A stretch of DNA of 32,000 nt, taken from contig NZ_CP007496.1 in NCBI RefSeq assembly GCF_000803625.1, positions 240,001-272,000 of the forward strand, read 5' to 3'. Each line of letters opens with the position of its first letter. Position 1 is the stretch's first letter. Below, piece by piece: positions 1 through 5,198 of the stretch. The stretch is from Candidatus Nanosynbacter lyticus. Its GTDB lineage: Bacteria; Patescibacteriota; Saccharimonadia; Saccharimonadales; Saccharimonadaceae. The position numbers were made by a program, and so were the translations under genes. Under the pieces are notes generated by a model that did no database searches, was not told the origin of the DNA, and worked only from the letters and a program-made list of their open reading frames with translations.

Positions 1-623
1 ATGACTTTCTGGGATAGCTTACCCTTGACTATCAGCCAGGTACCGTCTGGGTAATCTACTGAGAATCTCTTCTCGACGATGATTTTTACTGGAACACTAT
101 CAACAGCACAGCAACTTATGACATAGCGCGCAATGTAAAAGTAATCGTATCCGTAGTTTTTTAGTAGGTCATTTGAAACGAAGCCAGTGATAGTAATATC
201 TTTATTATCGAAGTAAGAGGCTTGTTTGCAGGAATTTATGGCAGTTTTCCAGCGGTTTATTGAGATTGTGGAGCTATTTTCTGTTGGTTTTGGAATTTCG
301 CAGCGACTCTCAGCTTCAATAATTGCAGGATTCTCTCTTTGGGCGAGGCTGCTTGGCGATAGCGTCTTTGGCGGTAGTGTATAGCCGATTGTTAGGATAA
401 TAATCGCCAAGTAGGAGCTGACCTTTACTCTCCTTAAATTAAAGACAGATCCGTTAAGGGACTGTCTGCTTTTAAATTGCAACATTATATCAATAAGAAA
501 AAGTGCAATTCCAACTATACTGATTATAATGGCAAATTGATGATAACGTGGATGAGTGTAAAAACCCAGATGATCGCGGCTGGCTAATAGGAGGATATAG
601 CCACAGACCAAAATCCCGCCCAT
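1..623 (-). CDS. TIGR03943/DUF1980-family membrane protein, 3'-partial (runs off the window start)
   Basis: Not in the ORF track because no stop lies in the window. My translation from ATG 623-621 is MGGILVCGYILLLASRDHLGFYTHPRYHQFAIIISIVGIALFLID... with two N-terminal TM helices. Further on is ...YFYIARYVISCCAVDSVPVKIIV, the paired-Cys motif I associate with this family. It lies directly downstream of the DUF318 permease, as in the conserved two-gene pair. Confidence 0.6.
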   Translation of the reverse strand, partial: MGGILVCGYILLLASRDHLGFYTHPRYHQFAIIISIVGIALFLIDIMLQFKSRQSLNGSVFNLRRVKVSSYLAIIILTIGYTLPPKTLSPSSLAQRENPAIIEAESRCEIPKPTENSSTISINRWKTAINSCKQASYFDNKDITITGFVSNDLLKNYGYDYFYIARYVISCCAVDSVPVKIIVEKRFSVDYPDGTWLIVKGKLSQKV

Positions 624-636
624 CGACCTTAGTAAA

Positions 637-1680
637 TTAGCGAACATATAAGTTAACTCCCACGCCCGCCATGAAAGACAGCGCGAATATTATTAGTACA
701 ATTGTTGCTATAAAGTGCCAACGGAAAGTAGTCTTCATAAGTATAATCATTTTTATGTCTACCATTGGTCCGGATAATAAGAATGACAAGATTGAGCCGG
801 CAGTAAAACTACGTGCATAAGCTAAGGCAAAAAACGCGTCTATGCTTGAGCATATTGAAACAACAAAGCTGAGGATGATCATGGCGATAACTGACAGAAA
901 AATGTCACCACCGACGGTGTTAATGATGAATCGTGGTACAAATACTTGGGTGGCTGCGGCGATGCTAGCACCTATGACTAGTATGGTAAATAACTGCCAG
1001 AACTCGTTGCGTGAGTTGTCAAATATTTTTAGAAAAGACGAATCGTTTTTATGAGCGTGGCAATACTCTTTAAAGTCTGGATTAAGTATAGAATCTTCTT
1101 TGAATAAACTAACAATGAAAGCTGTTATTTGGACGATAATCAGCGCAAAAATGACTCTCCACCAGACCATCTGCGGCTGAAAACTGAAGGCCGTCATAGT
1201 AGCGACGATGGTTATGGGGTTGAGGATTGGTGCGGCAAATAGAAAACTGATGACGTCAGCAGGTTTAAGGCCCTGCGCCATCAGGCTGCGTGCAACCGGC
1301 ACATTGCCACATTCACAGACCGGCAAGGCTATTCCAAGCGTTGACAGCACAATTCGCCTGAGGAAGGTATTTTTTGGTAGTATCTTGAGCAGTTTGTCTG
1401 ATGGTAAAAATTTTCTAATTAGTGCCGATACAATTATTCCCAGTAGCAGAAATGGTGTAGCTTCGACGATTACACTCAGTGTGAGCGTAAGAAAATCTTG
1501 AAGCGATGGCAGTAGTTTTGTAAACAAATCTACAAGTTCTCCATTAACTAACATAGTGCTAAATTTTGAACTGAGGTAATATATAGTAATCACAAAAATC
1601 CCAAAAACAATCCAGTTTATTAATTCCTGGTTGGCGTATAGTATTTTCTTTAAGCGGCCGTCTGATAGCTTGCGCACCAT
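637..1680 (-). CDS. Predicted permease, UPF0718/DUF318 (ArsP_1-like) family
   Basis: 347-aa polytopic membrane ORF. It has the LPVCECGNVPVARSL Cys motif typical of DUF318 permeases and is paired with the downstream DUF1980-like gene. Confidence 0.7.
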   Translation of the reverse strand: MVRKLSDGRLKKILYANQELINWIVFGIFVITIYYLSSKFSTMLVNGELVDLFTKLLPSLQDFLTLTLSVIVEATPFLLLGIIVSALIRKFLPSDKLLKILPKNTFLRRIVLSTLGIALPVCECGNVPVARSLMAQGLKPADVISFLFAAPILNPITIVATMTAFSFQPQMVWWRVIFALIIVQITAFIVSLFKEDSILNPDFKEYCHAHKNDSSFLKIFDNSRNEFWQLFTILVIGASIAAATQVFVPRFIINTVGGDIFLSVIAMIILSFVVSICSSIDAFFALAYARSFTAGSILSFLLSGPMVDIKMIILMKTTFRWHFIATIVLIIFALSFMAGVGVNLYVR

Positions 1681-1687
1681 ATATAAA

Positions 1688-1693
1688 ATTATA
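1688..1693 (-). promoter_or_regulatory. -10 box TATAAT, 7 nt upstream of the permease ATG (1680)
   Basis: Minus strand reads gcggTATAATtttatatATG. No SD is present. Confidence 0.4.
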
Positions 1694-1704
1694 CCGCATG
1701 CTTA

Positions 1705-1713
1705 TGTTATACT
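1705..1713 (+). promoter_or_regulatory. Extended -10 TGtTATACT, 8 nt upstream of ATG 1722
   Basis: Sequence is atgttatactaaatcattATG. No SD. It is divergent from the permease promoter within a 41-bp intergenic region. Confidence 0.45.
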
Positions 1714-1721
1714 AAATCATT

Positions 1722-2840
1722 ATGAAGCATCTTTTACATTCGCATCATCCGTTTCGGATTTTTTGGTTTTCAGTGCTATTAACCATGGCTTTAGGTGGTC
1801 TAATTTTTACGCAAATGGGGCTTAATGGCTTATGGCTATTTGCCATTTTAGTTATTTTGGAAGTAACTTTTAGTTTTGATAATGCAGTAATCAATAGTAA
1901 GGTTCTGGCGGGGATGGGTCAGGTTTGGCAGAAAATATTCTTGACAGTCGGTATTTTTGTAGCGGTGTTTGTTGTGCGATTTATATTGCCAATTGTTATT
2001 GTGATGATTGCGAGTGGCCACGGTTTTATGGAAGTGGTTGATTTGGCTCTTCATAAGCCAACAGAATATGGTCAGATTTTGCATGAAGCATCGCCGATGA
2101 TTGACGCGTTTGGCGGGGCGTTTTTAATCATGATTGGACTTAGTTATTTTATTGATTACAACAAGCGTATTCACTGGATGCGGCATGTTGAACCGTGGAT
2201 GGCTAAGGCTGGGCGATTTGAGAACTTTAAGGTTTGTATAATGCTCAGCGTGGCTGCTGTACTGTATTTTACAGTTGACGCTCCACATAAATCACTAGTG
2301 TTGATCTCGGCAGTGCTCGGAATTATGCTTCATATTGGGCTAGAGTTGTTTGGCTCATTCTTTCATGAAGATAGCGCAAAATCTATCAAAATTAAGACTG
2401 GTTGGGCGGCGTTTGCTAGCCTGCTGTATTTGGAGGTGTTGGATGCCAGCTTTAGTTTTGATGGCGTAATTGGCGCATTTGCTATCACTAATAGTGTGTT
2501 ATTAATTGTGGCCGGCCTGGGTGCTGGGGCAATTTGGGTACGGTCATTGACTGTTTATCTGTTGCGAACTGGCGCTCTCAGTAAATATAAGTATCTGGAA
2601 AATGGTGCACACTGGGCGATTATGGCGTTGGGTATGATGATGATCGCTAAGCTGTTTCAGCTGGAATTGCCGGAATGGGCGACGGGAGGACTGGGGTTGT
2701 TGTTTGTGAGCCTGGCGGTTGGTAGCAGTATATTAGAGATGCGATCAATTAATCTGCAGGAGGCGGCGATGACTAAACTTCATCAAGCCGAGCAGAAAAT
2801 AAAAAATGGCGCATCAAAAATTGTACCTAAAAAACGGTAG
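1722..2840 (+). CDS. DUF475/TerC-like integral membrane protein
   Basis: 372-aa multi-TM ORF. It has duplicated motifs LEVTFSFDNAVINS and LEVLDASFSFDGVIGAF characteristic of DUF475/TerC-type proteins. Confidence 0.6.
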   Translation: MKHLLHSHHPFRIFWFSVLLTMALGGLIFTQMGLNGLWLFAILVILEVTFSFDNAVINSKVLAGMGQVWQKIFLTVGIFVAVFVVRFILPIVIVMIASGHGFMEVVDLALHKPTEYGQILHEASPMIDAFGGAFLIMIGLSYFIDYNKRIHWMRHVEPWMAKAGRFENFKVCIMLSVAAVLYFTVDAPHKSLVLISAVLGIMLHIGLELFGSFFHEDSAKSIKIKTGWAAFASLLYLEVLDASFSFDGVIGAFAITNSVLLIVAGLGAGAIWVRSLTVYLLRTGALSKYKYLENGAHWAIMALGMMMIAKLFQLELPEWATGGLGLLFVSLAVGSSILEMRSINLQEAAMTKLHQAEQKIKNGASKIVPKKR

Positions 2841-2859
2841 TAAGTATTATAATTTGTCG

Positions 2860-3420
2860 CTAAAGCTTGACGCTAAATGACTCAATTGTTCCATCAAGAA
2901 ACTTATTTATTAGCTTAATTGACTCTGGAAAAATCCAGCTATGAAGGATTTTTTGTTCGTCAGAATTAAATTTGCTTAAAACAAAGTCAACGCTACCGAT
3001 TTGTTTTCGCAGTAAACTGTCGGTGCCGATACGAATATGCCAAAAGTCAGAACCAATGTGAGCATGAAGCGATTTCAAACCGTTGCTGCCAGCGTCGCGG
3101 CCGCCTTTACGGACGCGGATTTTACCAAAATCAAGGTCAGTGTCATCATGAATAATTAGTAAATCATCCAGTGTCAGTTTATAAAAATCCATGATCGCTC
3201 GCGCGGCAATGCCGACCTCGTTATAATATGTGTTTGGTTTAACTAGTAGTATCTTTTCTCCAGAAAGATTCAGCTCGGCAATGTCGGCGGCAAATTTTGG
3301 CTTATTTATGAAATTTACATTTAGCTCAGCAGCAAATTTATCAATAGTCAAAAAGCCAGCATTATGTCTGGTATTGGTATATTTATCGCCAGGATTGCCC
3401 AGTGCTAGAATAACTTTCAT
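2860..3420 (-). CDS. pth: Peptidyl-tRNA hydrolase
   Basis: 186 aa. N-terminus is MKVILALGNPGDKYTNTRHNAGF. The central HDDTDLDFGKIRVRKGG and GSNGLKS motifs are typical of Pth. Confidence 0.9.
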   Translation of the reverse strand: MKVILALGNPGDKYTNTRHNAGFLTIDKFAAELNVNFINKPKFAADIAELNLSGEKILLVKPNTYYNEVGIAARAIMDFYKLTLDDLLIIHDDTDLDFGKIRVRKGGRDAGSNGLKSLHAHIGSDFWHIRIGTDSLLRKQIGSVDFVLSKFNSDEQKILHSWIFPESIKLINKFLDGTIESFSVKL

Positions 3421-3426
3421 AGACCT

Positions 3427-3435
3427 AGTATATCA
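3427..3435 (-). promoter_or_regulatory. Extended -10 TGaTATACT, 6 nt upstream of the pth ATG
   Basis: Minus strand reads ggTGaTATACTaggtctATG. No SD. Confidence 0.45.
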
Positions 3436-3451
3436 CCTGAGGCTAATAGCG

Positions 3452-3457
3452 TATAAT
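3452..3457 (+). promoter_or_regulatory. -10 box TATAAT, 6 nt upstream of ATG 3464
   Basis: Sequence is gcgTATAATaagcatATGgca. No SD. Confidence 0.4.
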
Positions 3458-3463
3458 AAGCAT

Positions 3464-4432
3464 ATGGCAAAGCGCGACAATGATTTGGAGTTTAGTGTTA
3501 ATGCGGCGTTTGACGAAGCGCGGGCGGTTGTTGACAAAGTGCCGCTATATTTGGTCAATGGATCTTTGGGTGCTGGAAAAACCAGCGTCCTTGAATTCTT
3601 ATTGCAACAAAGTGACTATAAAGGCTCACGGGTAATTGAAAATGAGTATGCTAATGAAAATATCGACGGCTATCGGCTGGAGGGATTGGCGGAGATGGTG
3701 ACGACGTTGGCTGGCGATTGCGTCTGCTGCTCGTCGAAACACGCATTGACGCGGATGCTGCTGGATTTTTGCCGCAATTCCCCGGCGCCAGTGTTTATCG
3801 AAGCGACGGGTGTGGCGCGAACGATGAGCTTAGTTGAGAAACTGATAAATGCACAAATCTTCAATAAGTATGAGCTGATGCAGAGTTTTTACGTAATTGA
3901 CGCTTACGAGATTTTACACGGGATTGAGCCGGCGCACGAGGTTGAATTACAGGCGGCGGACGTGATTTTGGTGACCAAGGAGGATTTACTAAATAACAAT
4001 GAACGAGCTGAATACGGCATAAAACTCTCCGCCCTGCCCTACGCCAAGGTGCTGAGCGCGCCGCACGGTCGGTTTGACCTAAGTAAATTAACCACGCCGT
4101 CGGGGCTGCTAGCGTTTTTTGACACGTATGACGGCGAGCTGGTCGTGCCGGACAATCCGACGTATGCGGTGCTGGATATTTCTGGTATGAAAATTGCTGC
4201 GGCGACTCTGGAAAAAATTTGGCCGGAACTTTTTGACACTTATAAACTTAGGCGGATGAAAGGCTGTTTTATTGACGATAATGGTGTGCGACATCATTTG
4301 GAGGCAACGAAAAATCAGATTCAAATAGCTAATTCTGCGGCGGAAGAGCCAGCAAAAATTGTGCTAATTGGTGAACGTGCGGACGAAATTACGCGTGAAG
4401 TTTTGTCTGCGCAATTGATGATGTTTGAATAA
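3464..4432 (+). CDS. COG0523 (CobW/YjiA/ZigA-type) G3E GTPase, putative metallochaperone
   Basis: P-loop NGSLGAGKTSVL and the CxCC metal motif GDCVCCSS. I moved the start to M79 of track ORF 3230..4432, because the upstream part overlaps pth antisense and a TATAAT box lies 6 nt upstream of ATG 3464. Confidence 0.8.
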   Translation: MAKRDNDLEFSVNAAFDEARAVVDKVPLYLVNGSLGAGKTSVLEFLLQQSDYKGSRVIENEYANENIDGYRLEGLAEMVTTLAGDCVCCSSKHALTRMLLDFCRNSPAPVFIEATGVARTMSLVEKLINAQIFNKYELMQSFYVIDAYEILHGIEPAHEVELQAADVILVTKEDLLNNNERAEYGIKLSALPYAKVLSAPHGRFDLSKLTTPSGLLAFFDTYDGELVVPDNPTYAVLDISGMKIAAATLEKIWPELFDTYKLRRMKGCFIDDNGVRHHLEATKNQIQIANSAAEEPAKIVLIGERADEITREVLSAQLMMFE

Positions 4433-4445
4433 AAGTTCGCTTTCG
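4432..4445. repeat. Direct repeat, left copy (aaagttcgctttcg); 13/14 match to 5091-5104
   Basis: On the minus strand this is CGAAAGCGAACUUU, which supplies G12-A14 and the 3' strand of hammerhead stem III. Confidence 0.6.
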
Positions 4446-4489
4446 TCGTTTCCGACTCATCAGCATAGACACGCATCTATGGAGCAAAC
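4435..4489 (-). ncRNA. Hammerhead self-cleaving ribozyme motif, type III topology
   Basis: Minus strand reads GUUUGCU-C / CAUAGA-UGCGUG-UCUAUG / CUGAUGA / GUCG-GAAA-CGAC / GAA / AGCGAAC. All invariant core nucleotides are present, stems I and II are closed hairpins, and stem III is 7 bp and open. Predicted cleavage is 3' of C4482. Confidence 0.8.
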
Positions 4490-4491
4490 AC

Positions 4492-4505
4492 GACAAGTGA
4501 GAGAA
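4492..4505. repeat. Inverted repeat, left arm (gacaagtgagagaa); pairs with 5076-5090
   Basis: The reverse complement of 5076-5090 (ttctcttcacttgtc) is gacaagtgaagagaa. That gives a 14/15 match with a single 1-nt bulge. Confidence 0.6.
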
Positions 4506-4553
4506 TCTGACGGAGAGTCTACAGACTCGCCATGTTTGCGATGTTATTGCCTG

Positions 4554-4943
4554 CTACTCCTGGTTGTTGGAGAAGTAGACGACAATGCAAGGGTCGGTGG
4601 TAGCTACCCACGGGTTGGATTCTGTGTAGCTGAATTCAACGTCACGAACCTTCTCCTCAAGGCTTTGGAGCTCTTTAAGGAGCTCCTTGCGGCACTCAGA
4701 ATTGTTTGCGACTGCTGAGGTGATTAGAAGGTCATGGTCATAGATACAGATCTCGTCTGGAAGCTTACCTTTCATAAGGTATTCATTGATTGCGGCTTTC
4801 CTGACTTCCTCGCAGAACTCAGAGATCCCCTCCTCGAAGAAGCGGGAGACCTCATTTTTTCTGAGTTCCTCCATCCTCTTCTCTGTTTCCTTGAGGTTGG
4901 CAGCCCTCTTTGCCTGGACCTCGGGGGTAATGAATGTAGGCAT
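4554..4943 (-). CDS. Hypothetical protein, 129 aa (orphan, island-encoded)
   Basis: It is the longest ORF in the island and is preceded by GGGGAGAGAG about 7 nt upstream of the ATG. It has no motif I recognise. Its codon choice is rich in GAG, AAG, CTC and TTC, unlike the neighbouring genes. Confidence 0.5.
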   Translation of the reverse strand: MPTFITPEVQAKRAANLKETEKRMEELRKNEVSRFFEEGISEFCEEVRKAAINEYLMKGKLPDEICIYDHDLLITSAVANNSECRKELLKELQSLEEKVRDVEFSYTESNPWVATTDPCIVVYFSNNQE

Positions 4944-5075
4944 TGCAGTACTCTCTCCCCATCTGGGCGAACGCCCGTGTTGGAAACACTGATCAACGCC
5001 CGGATGGCATAGATCGAAGATGAGGTTTCGGGATACTTCTTAAAATATCGCAAAATCTCACCTTCGTCTTATAGG

Positions 5076-5090
5076 TTCTCTTCACTTGTC
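5076..5090. repeat. Inverted repeat, right arm (ttctcttcacttgtc)
   Basis: Complementary to 4492-4505. It directly abuts the right direct repeat at 5091-5104. Confidence 0.6.
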
Positions 5091-5104
5091 AAAGTACGCT
5101 TTCG
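5091..5104. repeat. Direct repeat, right copy (aaagtacgctttcg)
   Basis: 13/14 identical to 4432-4445. On the minus strand it reads CGAAAGCGUACUUU and lies in the leader of the island transcript. Confidence 0.6.
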
Positions 5105-5146
5105 GACAAGGAATAAATCTCAACTTGTCAACAAAAGCTGTATTCA

Positions 5147-5175
5147 TTTATATCACTAATAGGATAAAATGTCAA
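5147..5175 (-). promoter_or_regulatory. Sigma70-type promoter: TTGACA - 17 nt - TATAAA
   Basis: Minus strand reads TTGACA(5175-5170) ttttatcctattagtga TATAAA(5152-5147). It is the only clear -35/-10 promoter I found in the window. It would give a leader of about 200 nt before the 129-aa ORF. Confidence 0.5.
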
Positions 5176-5198
5176 TAGATTTTGTCAAGAATAAAGTA

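Noticed and set aside
1247-1253. CUGAUGA heptamer on the plus strand
   Set aside because: It is followed by the palindrome TGACGTCA but has no stem II plus GAAA and no UH cleavage site with flanking helices. It lies antisense inside the permease gene.
3230-3463. N-terminal 78 codons of track ORF 3230..4432
   Set aside because: This stretch lies antisense inside pth and has no GTPase-like sequence. A TATAAT box 6 nt upstream of ATG 3464, followed directly by MAKRDN...GSLGAGKT, gives the sensible start.
4425-5053. Alternative island ORFs (4425..4718 +, 4734..5012 +, 4786..4992 +, 4772..5053 -)
   Set aside because: They are shorter, lack an SD or a promoter-proximal ATG, and overlap the longer SD-led 129-aa ORF. 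The ORF at 4425..4718 would also run antisense through the hammerhead. None can be excluded without data.
5091-5131. Possible second hammerhead in the leader, because CGAAAGCGUACUUU resembles the 3' end of the ribozyme
   Set aside because: There is no CUGAUGA box or stem I/II hairpins upstream of it. The nearest string is GUUGAGA. I interpret it as a repeat of the stem III strand only.
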